Origin: Blattabacterium cuenoti
GTDB taxonomy: Bacteria; Bacteroidota; Bacteroidia; Flavobacteriales; Blattabacteriaceae
NCBI GenBank assembly: GCA_014251975.1
Contig: CP059204.1
Coordinates: 60,001 to 92,000, forward strand
Direction: 5' to 3'
DNA: 32,000 nt
The notes under the pieces were generated by a model. It was not told the DNA's origin. It worked only from the letters and a program-made list of their open reading frames with translations, and searched no databases. How positions within the stretch are numbered: position 1 is the stretch's first letter; each line of letters opens with the position of its first letter. Of the stretch, positions 1-10,445 are shown one piece after another. The position numbers and the translations under genes were made by a program.

Positions 1-440
1 TTACATTATATTACTATGCTAATATTTACGATTATATTGTAGTTGGTACTGGTAATAAAATAGAAGATTTTGGAGTGGGTTTTTTTACAAAATATGGAGA
101 TGGTGGTGTAGATATACAACCTATATCTGATTTAAATAAAAGTGAAATACGTATTATTGCTAAAAAATTAAATGTTATTCCTGAAATTCAAAATGCAGAA
201 CCAAATGATGGTTTATGGAATGATAAAAGAACTGATGAACAACAGTTAGGAGCTACATACGAAGAATTAGAATGGGCAATGAATTATAACAATGACAAGT
301 TTGTTTTAAAAAAAAATATTAATTCTATATCAGAAAGAGAAAAAAACGTATTATTTATATATAATAAATTTAATAAAAAAAATAAACATAAAATAGATCC
401 TATACCTTTTTGTAAAATACCACAGTTTTTTAAGAACTAA
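1..440 (+). CDS. nadE: NAD+ synthetase, C-terminal part (5' end lies outside the window)
   Basis: Frame 3 is open from the window edge. Its translation reads TLYYYANIYDYIVVGTGNKIEDFGVGFFTKYGDGGVDIQPISDL..., which contains the NadE GTGNK..E...G(Y/F)FTKYGDGG motif. The GTG at 75 in the ORF track is internal, not the true start. Stop is TAA at 438-440. Confidence 0.85.
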   Translation, partial: TLYYYANIYDYIVVGTGNKIEDFGVGFFTKYGDGGVDIQPISDLNKSEIRIIAKKLNVIPEIQNAEPNDGLWNDKRTDEQQLGATYEELEWAMNYNNDKFVLKKNINSISEREKNVLFIYNKFNKKNKHKIDPIPFCKIPQFFKN

Positions 441-509
441 TTTTAAATAATTTATTATATAAAATACTTTTTAATTAGTAAGTTATAAATTTTTTGAATT
501 TTTATATTA

Positions 510-1973
510 ATGAAAAATATTTTTATAAGAAGAAAACATATTTTAAAAATATATAATTCTTTAAAAAAAAAAAAAGAATTATTTTCTCCTTTACATAAAA
601 ATTATGTAGGTATTTATGTATGTGGACCAACCGTATATGATTATTTACATTTAGGAAATTATAGAACATTTATAATTTTTGATGTAATTGTTAGATATTT
701 TATACATTTAGGATATAAAGTACGTTATGTTAGAAACATAACCGATGTAGGACATTTAGAAAATAATGAATTCGAAGAAGATAAAATATTAAAAAAATCT
801 ATAATAGAAGGGATTGAACCAATGGAAATAGTTAATAAGTATACTACGTCATTTCATAATTCTTTAAATTTTTTAAATTTATTAAATCCTAATATAGAAC
901 CTATTGCTACAGGGCATATAATAGAACAAATAGATATGATTAAAAAATTAGTTAAAAAAAAACTAGCGTATATAGTAAATGGTTCTATTTATTTTGATAT
1001 TAATAAATATATTAAATTATATAATTATGGAGTATTAAGTAATAACAAAATAGATAATTTATATACTAGTGATACTTTTTATAATAAAGAAAAAAAAAAT
1101 TCAAAAGATTTTTGTTTATGGAAAAAAGCAAATTATAATCATATTATGAATTGGACTTCTCCATGGGGGAAAGGGTTTCCAGGGTGGCATATTGAATGCA
1201 CCGCTATGAGTATAAAATATTTAGGTAGTTATTTTGATATACATGGGGGGGGGATAGATCTTAAATTTCCTCATCACGAATGTGAATTAGCACAATCTAA
1301 TAGCATTTATAATACAAATAATAGTTCAGCGCGTTATTGGATGCATAGTAATATGTTAACAATAGATGGATATAAAATGAGTAAGTCTAAAGGAAATTTT
1401 TTAAAATTACAAGATATTATTAAAGAATATACTAATAATTGTTCAAATATTTTTAAATTTTTTATATTGAAATCCCATTATAGAAGTATTATAAATTTTT
1501 CAAAAATAGATTTTAAAAAATCAGAAAAATCATATTTAAATATTATTCGATCTTTAGAAATTTTAAATAATTTTACACCAACAAAAAATACACAAGATAA
1601 TTTTTTTAATACTAATGATTGGATTATAAAATGTTATAAATCTATTAATGATGATTTTAATATCCCTTTACTAATATCTAATTTATTTGAAGCATCTAAT
1701 TTAATAAAAAGGTCATTATTAAAAATAAATAAAGATAATTTTTTTTTACTAAAAAAATATATGAATTATTTTTTTTTCGATATACTTGGATTTAAAAAAG
1801 ATAATTCATTAAAAAGAAGTAATAATAAATCTAAAAAATTAGATATAATTATTAAAAAATTAATTATTATTCGTAAAGAAATGAGAAAAAATAAAGAATG
1901 GTATTATTCAGATAAAATACGAAAAGAATTATTAAATATAGGAATTAATATAAATGATGATAAATTACAATAA
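510..1973 (+). CDS. cysS: Cysteinyl-tRNA synthetase
   Basis: The 487-aa product has the class I HIGH-type motif (YVCGPTVYDYLHLGNYRTF), WHIECTAMS, HGGGIDLKFPHHECE and KMSKS, and the length is typical of CysRS. Confidence 0.95.
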   Translation: MKNIFIRRKHILKIYNSLKKKKELFSPLHKNYVGIYVCGPTVYDYLHLGNYRTFIIFDVIVRYFIHLGYKVRYVRNITDVGHLENNEFEEDKILKKSIIEGIEPMEIVNKYTTSFHNSLNFLNLLNPNIEPIATGHIIEQIDMIKKLVKKKLAYIVNGSIYFDINKYIKLYNYGVLSNNKIDNLYTSDTFYNKEKKNSKDFCLWKKANYNHIMNWTSPWGKGFPGWHIECTAMSIKYLGSYFDIHGGGIDLKFPHHECELAQSNSIYNTNNSSARYWMHSNMLTIDGYKMSKSKGNFLKLQDIIKEYTNNCSNIFKFFILKSHYRSIINFSKIDFKKSEKSYLNIIRSLEILNNFTPTKNTQDNFFNTNDWIIKCYKSINDDFNIPLLISNLFEASNLIKRSLLKINKDNFFLLKKYMNYFFFDILGFKKDNSLKRSNNKSKKLDIIIKKLIIIRKEMRKNKEWYYSDKIRKELLNIGININDDKLQ

Positions 1974-2891
1974 AACTTGTTTAATATAATTTATATATTA
2001 TGAGTTTTCTATTCCTAATGATAAATTAATTAGATAATTTTGTATACTTATATTTTACTAATTTTTATGGGTTCCAATGATTAATATTTTTTGTATTATA
2101 AATTAAACTTTTTGTTCCAACAAAATTTTAAGATAATTTAAATATTTTTGTTAATTTGTACTTTTTTTTTGCTACTATAAAATTAATTTTATTATGAACA
2201 AATTTAGGATAATAAATTATCATATTTTTATTGTAAACAAAACATAAATAATCCATAAAAAACAACCAGTTATATTTTTTATATATTTATGAATTATAAT
2301 TTTTAATAATATTTTAATGTAATTAATACTTGATACTAATACTTAATAAATAAATTCTTAATAAATAAATTATTACCATATAAATTAACTATATCATAAT
2401 CTAATTTTCCTAATTTTATAGTATTTAGTATTTTTAATTGTATATTTTAATAATCAATAAAAATTATTTTATAATTTATTTTTTTTTATTATTGATAGTT
2501 GGATTAGTTGTAGTTTATAACCAAATTAATTTATTTTAGTTTTTTAGTTCTTTTTATATGTAATTGAATAAAATTACATTATTAAAATCATTATAAAATA
2601 TATAAATTTAGTACAAATACTAAATTTTTTTATATAAGTTAACCATGCATATATAATTTTTATTTAAATAATTATTTATTGAAAAATACAAGAAAAACTA
2701 GAATAACCAATACCAAACTATAATTTAGTTATTAATTTTTATAATATTTTTTTTTAGTATTATTTATTATCGAATAAAATCCTTTATTTATTGTTATTTT
2801 TGGTTATATATATCGGTTATATTATCCTCCAATTAGAGTTTATTATGAATAAAATATTTTTAATTATTTTTGTTTAGAAAATTAAAAAATA

Positions 2892-2923
2892 TTTAATATA
2901 AATTTAATTAAATTTATATTAAA
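2892..2923. repeat. Perfect 32-bp A/T palindrome (tttaatataaatttaattaaatttatattaaa), function unknown
   Basis: I checked by hand that the two 16-nt halves are exact reverse complements. It lies 58 bp upstream of the atpB ATG, at the end of the 1-kb spacer. Confidence 0.8.
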
Positions 2924-2948
2924 GTTTTTTTTACACATAAAAAAATTA

Positions 2949-2956
2949 TAAATTTG
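2949..2956 (+). promoter_or_regulatory. Candidate Bacteroidota -7 promoter box (TAnnTTTG) for the atp operon
   Basis: TAAATTTG matches the TAnnTTTG consensus 25 bp upstream of the atpB start. I saw no clear -33 TTTG element, so a chance match in A+T-rich DNA is possible. Confidence 0.25.
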
Positions 2957-2980
2957 TTTTTTATTTTTTATTTTAGTTGA

Positions 2981-3982
2981 ATGAAAGTAATACAGTTGTT
3001 ATTATGTTTTTCCTGTTTTATTATTCTATTTGATAATAATAAAAATGTTAATAATTTTTCTATATATAATACAATTTTTGATCATATAAAAGATTCTCAT
3101 GAATGGAATATTATAGAAAACAATAAAAATAAAATATATATTCCATTGCCAATTATTTTATGGAATAATGGATTTGAATTTTTTAATTCACATATTTTTC
3201 ATAATAATAATATAGTTAAAGGAAAATATGGGGACTATAAAATGTTTAATGATTATATATATGAAATAAATAAAATTAATGATACAAAAGAAAAAGTAAT
3301 TGATTTATCTATAACAAAAAATGTTTTAGCTATTATTATTTCTTCTTCATTATTATTTTTTTTATTATTTTTTATAAAAAATAATTATAATAATTTTTTT
3401 TATCCTAAATATAAAATAGGAATACTAATAGAAAATATTATAATTTTTATAAGAAACGAAATAGCAATACCTTATATTGGAAAATATAAATATAGAAAAT
3501 TTTTTCCTTTTTTATTAACATTATTTTTTTTTATATTAATTAATAATTTAATGGGTATAATACCAATTTTTCCAAATATAACAGGTAATATTAATATTAC
3601 ATTTGTTTTATCTATAATAACTTTTTTTATAACTATTATAAATAGTACAAATAGTTATTGGAAACATATTTTATGGATACCTAAAGTCCCAATTGGAATT
3701 AAATTACTTCTTGCTCCAATTGAATTAATAGGACTTTTAATAAGACCATTGACTTTATGTATTAGGTTATTTGCTAACATAACATCTGGACATATTGTAA
3801 TGTTAAGTTTTATTTGTATAATTTTTATTTTAAAAAATATTTTTATAGCTGGATTTTCTATAACTTTTGGTTTATTTATATCTATATTAGATATTATGGT
3901 ATCTTTTTTACAATCTTTTATTTTTACAACTTTATCTGCATTGTTGATAGGAACATCTGTTAAAAATTATAAAAATCATTAA
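2981..3982 (+). CDS. atpB: F0F1 ATP synthase subunit a
   Basis: The 333-aa polytopic membrane protein has the C-terminal subunit-a signature (LRPLTLCIRLFANITSGHIVM). It is the first gene of the atpBEFHAG cluster and has the long N-terminal extension typical of Bacteroidota. Confidence 0.93.
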   Translation: MKVIQLLLCFSCFIILFDNNKNVNNFSIYNTIFDHIKDSHEWNIIENNKNKIYIPLPIILWNNGFEFFNSHIFHNNNIVKGKYGDYKMFNDYIYEINKINDTKEKVIDLSITKNVLAIIISSSLLFFLLFFIKNNYNNFFYPKYKIGILIENIIIFIRNEIAIPYIGKYKYRKFFPFLLTLFFFILINNLMGIIPIFPNITGNINITFVLSIITFFITIINSTNSYWKHILWIPKVPIGIKLLLAPIELIGLLIRPLTLCIRLFANITSGHIVMLSFICIIFILKNIFIAGFSITFGLFISILDIMVSFLQSFIFTTLSALLIGTSVKNYKNH

Positions 3983-3984
3983 TT

Positions 3985-4215
3985 ATGGACAACATAGATT
4001 TAACATATTCAGGTCTAGCCGCATTAGGAGCAGGATTAGCTGTTATAGGAGCAGGATTAGGAATTGGTAAAATTGGTAATTCTGCTATGCAAGCAATAGC
4101 TAGACAACCTGAAGCTTCTGATAAAATTCAAAATGCAATGATTATAGCATGTGCATTAATTGAAGGTGCTACGTTATTTGGTATAGTAACCGCATTATTA
4201 GCAGTTTTTAAATAA
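3985..4215 (+). CDS. atpE: F0F1 ATP synthase subunit c
   Basis: The 76-aa hairpin proteolipid has a GxGxGxG helix, the ARQPE loop and a carboxylate in ALIEGATLF. Confidence 0.97.
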   Translation: MDNIDLTYSGLAALGAGLAVIGAGLGIGKIGNSAMQAIARQPEASDKIQNAMIIACALIEGATLFGIVTALLAVFK

Positions 4216-4223
4216 TTTAATGT

Positions 4224-4715
4224 ATGGATTTAATTACTCCTTCTTTTGGTTTAATTTTTTGGCATACAATAATATTTTTACTGTTAATTTTTTTTCTTTC
4301 CAAATTTGCTTTTAAACCTATTATAAATTTCATAGATAAAAGAGAGAATTATATTAAAAAATCTGTAAATAATGCATTAAAATTAAAACAAGAATTAAAT
4401 AAAATAAATATTATAAAAAGTACCATCTTAGAAAAAGCTTATAAAGAACAAAAAATTATAATAAAAGAAGCAAAAAATCTTAAAGAAGAGATAAAAATTA
4501 AAACGGAAAAAGAATGCCTTTTAAAACAAAAAAAAATGGTAAATACAGCTAAAAAAAATATACATATAGAGCAAAAAAAAGCTCTTATAGAATTGAAAAA
4601 TGAAATACAAGAAATTTCTATAAATATATCTGAGAAAATATTAGGAGAAAAATTATATAAAAAAGATATACAAGAAAAATTTATTAAAAGTTTAATAGAT
4701 AAAAATATACAATAA
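4224..4715 (+). CDS. atpF: F0F1 ATP synthase subunit b
   Basis: The 163-aa product has a single N-terminal TM helix followed by a long charged coiled coil. It sits between atpE and atpH. Confidence 0.88.
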   Translation: MDLITPSFGLIFWHTIIFLLLIFFLSKFAFKPIINFIDKRENYIKKSVNNALKLKQELNKINIIKSTILEKAYKEQKIIIKEAKNLKEEIKIKTEKECLLKQKKMVNTAKKNIHIEQKKALIELKNEIQEISINISEKILGEKLYKKDIQEKFIKSLIDKNIQ

Positions 4716-4722
4716 TTTTTAT

Positions 4723-5253
4723 ATGTTTTTAGAGGATAGAGTAATTAAACATTATGCTAAAATACTATTTGAATATACTAAAAAAAATAATTTTTTTCAT
4801 AAAAATATTAAATTTATTTTTTCTTTGCTACAAAATAATATAAATTTTATTAAATTTTTTAATACAAAATTATTATATATAAGAAGAAAAATCAAAATTG
4901 TAAAAAAAATTTTTTATAATTTTGATTTATTTATTTATAATTTTACAAAATTTTTAATTTTAAAAAATAGGGAAAATTTATTACAAAAAATTTTATTAAA
5001 ATATTTCAATATATATGATAGATATAAAGAAAATATTGTTATATGTACTATTGTTAGTACATATAAACTTAGCGAAGATATTAAATATATAATTGCAAAA
5101 AAAATTTTTAATAATAAATATTCGAAAATACATATCAACAATAAAATTGATACATCTATTATTGGAGGATTTATTTTATATAAAGATTATAAAGAATGGG
5201 ATTTTAGTATTAAGAATAATATAAATAAAATTAAAAATAAATTAAATAATTAA
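4723..5253 (+). CDS. atpH: F0F1 ATP synthase subunit delta (OSCP)
   Basis: The 176-aa product starts with an HYAKILFEY-type N-terminus and has the C-terminal IDTSIIGGFIL motif. It sits between atpF and atpA. Confidence 0.85.
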   Translation: MFLEDRVIKHYAKILFEYTKKNNFFHKNIKFIFSLLQNNINFIKFFNTKLLYIRRKIKIVKKIFYNFDLFIYNFTKFLILKNRENLLQKILLKYFNIYDRYKENIVICTIVSTYKLSEDIKYIIAKKIFNNKYSKIHINNKIDTSIIGGFILYKDYKEWDFSIKNNINKIKNKLNN

Positions 5254-5256
5254 TAG

Positions 5257-6840
5257 ATGTCAAGTTTAAAATATTCTGAAATATCATCAATTATAAAAGA
5301 ACAACTATCTGATATAAAATTTGAATCAAAACTTTCAGAATACGGTATAGTAGTACAAGTAGGTGATGGTGTAGTTAGATCTTTTGGATTAAATTCTGCT
5401 TTCTATGGAGAATTAGTTAAATTTGATAATAATGTTAAAGGAGTTATTTTAAACCTTGAAGAAGATAATGTTAGTATTATAGTACTTAATTCTACTAATA
5501 AAATAAAAGAAGGCGATCTTGTAAGAAGAACAAATAAAGTTTTTACAATAAAAGTAGGAGAGGGGCTTATTGGACGTGTTATAAATGTATTAGGCAACCC
5601 TATTGATGAAAAAGGATCAATAATTGGTAAAACATTTGAAATGCCTATAGAAAGAAAAGCACCAGGTGTAATTTATAGAGAACCAGTTAAAGATCCACTT
5701 CATACTGGTATAAAATTTATAGATTCTATGATTCCAATTGGAAAAGGACAAAGAGAATTAATAATTGGTGATAGACAAACTGGTAAAACTACAATTGCTA
5801 TTGATACTATTATTAATCAAAAAAAATTTTTAAATAATAATCCAGTTTATTGTATTTATGTAGCAATTGGACAAAAAGGATCTACAATAGCTAGAATAAA
5901 AAATATTTTAGAAAAAAAAGGTGCTATGTCATATACAATAATAGTAGCATCTAATTCATTTGAATCTGCCGCTATGCAAGTATATGCTCCATTTTCAGGA
6001 ACTGCAATTGGAGAGTATTTTAGAGATACTGGTAGATCTGCACTTATTATATATGATGATTTATCAAAACAAGCTGTATCATATAGAGAAATATCTTTGT
6101 TATTAAGGCGACCTCCAGGTAGAGAAGCATATCCAGGTGATGTATTTTATTTACATTCTCGTCTTTTGGAACGTTCAGCAAAAATAATAAAAGATAAAAA
6201 TATGGCTAAAAAAATGAACGATATCCCAATATCTATTAATTCTTATATAAAAGGTGGTGGATCTTTAACATCACTTCCAATAATTGAAACACAAGCTGGA
6301 GATATTTCTTCTTACATACCTACTAATGTTATTTCTATTACAGATGGGCAGATATTTTTAGAAAAAGAACTTTTCCATTCTGGGATAAGACCAGCAATTA
6401 ACGAAAATATATCTGTATCAAGAGTAGGTGGATCAGCTCAAATTTTTTCTATGAGACAAGTGTCAAGTACATTAAAATTAGATCAAGCTCAGTTTAGAGA
6501 ATTAGAAGAATTTTCAAAATTTGGTTCAGAATTAGATGAATCTACTATGAAAATTTTAAAAAAGGGTAAAATAAATATTGAAATATTGAAACAAAAACAA
6601 TATAATCCATATGATATATCAGAACAAATTTCAATAATTTATATAGGGACTACAAATATTTTAGAAAATATTCCTATTAATAAAATTTCTTTTTTTGAAT
6701 ATCATTATCTTTTTTTATTAAAAAAAGAACACTCAGATATATTAAAATTAATAAAAAGTGGTATTTTAAATACTGAAATTATAAATATATTAGAAAGCAC
6801 TGCTAATAGAATAATAAATAAATATTTTACCAATGTCTGA
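5257..6840 (+). CDS. atpA: F0F1 ATP synthase subunit alpha
   Basis: The 527-aa product has the Walker A motif [52 protein letters not shown] and ITDGQIFLE. Its TGA stop overlaps the atpG start. Confidence 0.98.
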   Translation: MSSLKYSEISSIIKEQLSDIKFESKLSEYGIVVQVGDGVVRSFGLNSAFYGELVKFDNNVKGVILNLEEDNVSIIVLNSTNKIKEGDLVRRTNKVFTIKVGEGLIGRVINVLGNPIDEKGSIIGKTFEMPIERKAPGVIYREPVKDPLHTGIKFIDSMIPIGKGQRELIIGDRQTGKTTIAIDTIINQKKFLNNNPVYCIYVAIGQKGSTIARIKNILEKKGAMSYTIIVASNSFESAAMQVYAPFSGTAIGEYFRDTGRSALIIYDDLSKQAVSYREISLLLRRPPGREAYPGDVFYLHSRLLERSAKIIKDKNMAKKMNDIPISINSYIKGGGSLTSLPIIETQAGDISSYIPTNVISITDGQIFLEKELFHSGIRPAINENISVSRVGGSAQIFSMRQVSSTLKLDQAQFRELEEFSKFGSELDESTMKILKKGKINIEILKQKQYNPYDISEQISIIYIGTTNILENIPINKISFFEYHYLFLLKKEHSDILKLIKSGILNTEIINILESTANRIINKYFTNV

Positions 6841-7666
6841 TCTAAAAGAGACTAAAAAAAGAATATTTTCAATTAATTCAGTAATTAAAACGACAGAAGC
6901 CATGAAAATGATTTCTATTGTTAAATTAAAAAAAAATAAACATAAACTTGATAACATAAAAAATTACTTATTATATATAGAAAAATTATTATTAGATTTA
7001 TTTTTATTGCAAAATAATGATAGAAAAAATTTTTTCAATTTTTTTAAAAAAAGTAAAAAAAAATTATTTATTGTATTTACTTCTGATAAAGGATTATGTG
7101 GATCTTTTAATTTATTAATTTTTAATAATATTAATTATATAATAAAAAAATATGATAAATATATATTTTCTATCTTTGGTAAAAAAGGAATTGATTTTAT
7201 TGAGAAAAAAAAATATAAAATTTATTATAAAAATATATCAATAAAAATTTTTATAACAAAAATTATTGAAGATTTATTTAATAAAAAATTTTCTTCTATT
7301 CATTTAGTATATAATACTTTAAAAAATTCTTTATATCAAAAGCCTATTATTGAAAATATATTTTCGTTTATTAAAATAAATAACATTAATAAATATTATA
7401 AAAAAGATTATATATTAGATAATTCTTTTAAAGAAACTTTTAATTTTTTGATAAAAAATTATATAGAAATAAAATTAAATAAAATTTATTTAGAATCTGT
7501 TGTATCAGAAAATACATCTCGTATGATATCAATGCATAAAGCTTCAGAAAATGCTTCTAATATTAAAAAAAATTTAATATTAAACTATAATAAAGAAAGA
7601 CAAACATCTATAACAAAAGAAATACTTGAAATTATAGGAGGATTAGATACAATAAAAAACTTATAA
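6833..7666 (+). CDS. atpG: F0F1 ATP synthase subunit gamma
   Basis: The 277-aa product has the N-terminal LKETKKRI.S...[11 protein letters not shown] motif and the C-terminal [18 protein letters not shown] motif. It overlaps atpA by 8 nt. Confidence 0.93.
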   Translation: MSDLKETKKRIFSINSVIKTTEAMKMISIVKLKKNKHKLDNIKNYLLYIEKLLLDLFLLQNNDRKNFFNFFKKSKKKLFIVFTSDKGLCGSFNLLIFNNINYIIKKYDKYIFSIFGKKGIDFIEKKKYKIYYKNISIKIFITKIIEDLFNKKFSSIHLVYNTLKNSLYQKPIIENIFSFIKINNINKYYKKDYILDNSFKETFNFLIKNYIEIKLNKIYLESVVSENTSRMISMHKASENASNIKKNLILNYNKERQTSITKEILEIIGGLDTIKNL

Positions 7667-7678
7667 GTTTATTTATAC

Positions 7679-8662
7679 ATGATTACTAGGATGTTAACAG
7701 GGATTAAAAGTACTGGGACCCCACATTTAGGAAATATCTTAAGTATTGTTATACCATCTATAAAAATGGCTAATGTAAGACCTAAAGATACATCATTTAT
7801 TTTTATAGCAGATTTACATTCTTTGATTGAATTAGAAAATATTAAAAATATTAAAGACAGTATATATAAAATTGTTGCTACATGGATGGCATTTGGATTA
7901 GATATAGATAATTGTATATTTTATAGGCAATCAGATGTCACAGAAGTAACAGAATTAGCATGGTATTTAAGTTGTTTTTTCTCATATAAAAGATTAAAAT
8001 TAGCACACGCTTTTAAAAGTAAAAAAAATAATACAGTAAATGTTGGTTTATTTTATTATCCTATACTAATGGCTTCTGACATATTATTATATGATGCAGA
8101 AATTATACCAGTAGGAAAAGATCAAATACAACATATAGAAATATCTAGAAAAATAGCTAATTTTTTTAATCGTAAAATAAATAAAAAATTATTTGTTTTA
8201 CCAAATCCATTTTTTAAAAAACATACAATGTATATTAATGGTATAGACGGTGAAAAAATGAGTAAATCAAGAAATAATTTCATTGATATTTTTTCTTCTA
8301 GTGAAGTTTTAAAAAAAAATATTATGAAAATTCGTACAGATAATAAATCATTTAAAGATAAAAAAAATCCTAAAACTGATTATATAATTTATTTATATAA
8401 ACTAATATCCACATTTGACGAAGTAAGAAATATGGAAAAAAAATATATTTTAGGAAAATATGGGTACATGGAAGCAAAAAAAAAATTATATAATCATATA
8501 CTTTATAAATTTAAATTTGAAAGGGAAAAATTTAAATTTTACATGAAAAATACAAATTTATTAGATAAAATATTAAATTTAGGTGCTAAAAAAGCAAAAA
8601 TCATAGCTCGTAAAAAATTAAATATAATTAGAAAATATTTAAACTTTAATTCTTTATTTTAG
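7679..8662 (+). CDS. trpS: Tryptophanyl-tRNA synthetase
   Basis: The 327-aa product has TGIKSTGTPHLGN (the HIGH region), PVGKDQIQHIE and KMSKS. Confidence 0.95.
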   Translation: MITRMLTGIKSTGTPHLGNILSIVIPSIKMANVRPKDTSFIFIADLHSLIELENIKNIKDSIYKIVATWMAFGLDIDNCIFYRQSDVTEVTELAWYLSCFFSYKRLKLAHAFKSKKNNTVNVGLFYYPILMASDILLYDAEIIPVGKDQIQHIEISRKIANFFNRKINKKLFVLPNPFFKKHTMYINGIDGEKMSKSRNNFIDIFSSSEVLKKNIMKIRTDNKSFKDKKNPKTDYIIYLYKLISTFDEVRNMEKKYILGKYGYMEAKKKLYNHILYKFKFEREKFKFYMKNTNLLDKILNLGAKKAKIIARKKLNIIRKYLNFNSLF

Positions 8663-8718
8663 TTATTTTAGTATATAAAAAAGTTAATTTGATTTTATAA
8701 TAATTGTAAAAAAAAATT

Positions 8719-9267
8719 ATGAATAAACAAGAAGATAAAAATATTGAATCTAATAATTATAAAAAATGTAAAAAATCAACTACGAAAAATAAAAATTTTA
8801 ATAAAGATAAATTAGAAAAATGTATAAAAGATATTAAACAAAAATTAGACAAAGAAAAAGATAAATTTTTAAGAATTTTTGCAGAATTTGAAAATTATAA
8901 AAAACGAATTCAAAAGGAAAGATTTGATATATTTAGTACAGTTAAAGAAGAAATTATAATAGATTTTATACCAATATTAGATGATTTTAGAAGATGTATG
9001 GAAAATTTTAAAATATCTAAAGAAAAAAAATTGGTTGAAGGTATCCATTTAATACAAGAAAAATTTTATAAAACTTTAAAAGTAAAAGGCTTAGAAAAAA
9101 TAAATATAGAAAAAGGTGATAAATTTAATACAGATTTTCATGAAGCTATAACACAAATACCTTCTACAAAAAAGGAATTAAAAGGTAAAATTATAGAAGT
9201 TGTAGAAGATGGATATATTTTAAAAGAAAAAGTTATACGACATGCTAAGGTTATAACAGGAAAATAA
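8719..9267 (+). CDS. grpE: Nucleotide exchange factor GrpE
   Basis: The 182-aa product has [14 protein letters not shown], a C-terminal beta domain (FHEAI...[15 protein letters not shown]), and lies directly upstream of dnaJ. Confidence 0.93.
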   Translation: MNKQEDKNIESNNYKKCKKSTTKNKNFNKDKLEKCIKDIKQKLDKEKDKFLRIFAEFENYKKRIQKERFDIFSTVKEEIIIDFIPILDDFRRCMENFKISKEKKLVEGIHLIQEKFYKTLKVKGLEKINIEKGDKFNTDFHEAITQIPSTKKELKGKIIEVVEDGYILKEKVIRHAKVITGK

Positions 9268-9287
9268 TAATAAAAAATAATTTTTTA

Positions 9288-10406
9288 ATGAAAAAAGATT
9301 ATTATGAAGTTTTAGGTATTTCTAAAAATTCTACTATAAACGAAATAAAAAAAGCATATAGAAAATTAGCTATAAAATACCATCCAGATAAAAATTTATC
9401 TGATAAAAATAGAGCAGAAGAAAAATTTAAAGAAGCTGCTGAAGCTTATGAAGTTCTTAGTAATTCAGAAAAAAGAGAACGTTATGATAAATTTGGTCAT
9501 TCTGGTATAAGAGGTGGTTCATCAAGTACATCAGGTATGAATATGGAAGATATTTTTACTAATTTTGGTGATATTTTTTCTGATGCTTTTGGTGATAATT
9601 TTACTGGATTTGGATTTTCTAAATCAAATAGAAATAAAAAAATAAAAGGTAGTGATTTAAGGATAAAAGTAAAACTTACATTAGAAGAAATATATAACGG
9701 GGTAGAAAAAAAAATTAAGGTAAAAAGACTTAGAGTAGCTAATGGTATAAAATTTAAAACATGTTCTTCTTGTAATGGTACAGGACAAATAGTTCGTATT
9801 ACCAATACCATATTAGGTAGAATGCAAACTGCTTCTCAATGTTATGTATGTTCAGGGACTGGTAAAAATATAAAAAATATACCTTATGGTGCTAATAAAT
9901 ATGGATTAATAAAAAAAGAAGAATTAGTTACAATAAAAATACCAAGAGGATTAACAGAAGGAATACAATTAAAAATACAAGAAAAAGGAAATGATGCACC
10001 ATTTAATGGTATCTCTGGAGATTTAATAGTATTAATAAAAGAAATTCCTCATTCCAATTTAAAAAGAGAAGGTAATAATTTACATTATGATTTGTATATA
10101 TCATTTTCAGATGCTATTTTAGGGGCTTCAAAAGAAATACCTACTATAAATGGTAAAGCTAGAATAAAAATAGTTTCAGGGACACAATCTGGTAAAACTT
10201 TAAGATTAAAGAATAAAGGTTTGCCAAATATAGATGGATATGGTCATGGTAGTTTACTAATTCATATTAACGTTTGGACACCAAAAAAAATTAATGAAGA
10301 ACAAAAAAAATTTTTTGAAACTATGAGGAAAAATGATAATTTTATACCACATCCAGAAAATTTAGAAAAATCTTTTTTTGATCGTGTTAGGGAAATGTTT
10401 TCTTAA
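9288..10406 (+). CDS. dnaJ: Molecular chaperone DnaJ (only two CxxCxGxG motifs)
   Basis: The J domain is present (DYYEVLGI...[13 protein letters not shown]) with a G/F-rich linker. The zinc-finger region holds only CSSCNGTG and CYVCSGTG. The C-terminal domains are conserved ([21 protein letters not shown]). Confidence 0.95.
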   Translation: MKKDYYEVLGISKNSTINEIKKAYRKLAIKYHPDKNLSDKNRAEEKFKEAAEAYEVLSNSEKRERYDKFGHSGIRGGSSSTSGMNMEDIFTNFGDIFSDAFGDNFTGFGFSKSNRNKKIKGSDLRIKVKLTLEEIYNGVEKKIKVKRLRVANGIKFKTCSSCNGTGQIVRITNTILGRMQTASQCYVCSGTGKNIKNIPYGANKYGLIKKEELVTIKIPRGLTEGIQLKIQEKGNDAPFNGISGDLIVLIKEIPHSNLKREGNNLHYDLYISFSDAILGASKEIPTINGKARIKIVSGTQSGKTLRLKNKGLPNIDGYGHGSLLIHINVWTPKKINEEQKKFFETMRKNDNFIPHPENLEKSFFDRVREMFS

Positions 10407-10445
10407 TAAAAATATATATTCTATTTTTAATTTTTTAAAAAAAAA

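Noticed and set aside
1974-2980. Whether the long A+T-rich spacers (also 11631-12409) could be the replication origin.
   Set aside because: I found no TTATCCACA-type DnaA boxes in either spacer; the closest match is ttatcctcc at about 2822. No dnaA or dnaN is nearby, and many reduced symbionts of this type lack dnaA altogether. I cannot compute GC skew here, so there is no positive evidence.
4935-5141. ORF-track entries lying antisense to, or out of frame within, strong genes: 4935-5141(-), 5403-5597(-), 9497-9811(-), 17232-17429(+), 17898-18170(-), 20759-20983(+), 20890-21087(+) and 28374-28619(+).
   Set aside because: Each one lies entirely or largely inside a well-supported conserved CDS (atpH, atpA, dnaJ, the CorC-family gene, HU, GHMP kinase/fabD, htpG). 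Each translates to low-complexity F/I/L/S-rich sequence with no recognisable motifs, so these are shadow ORFs.
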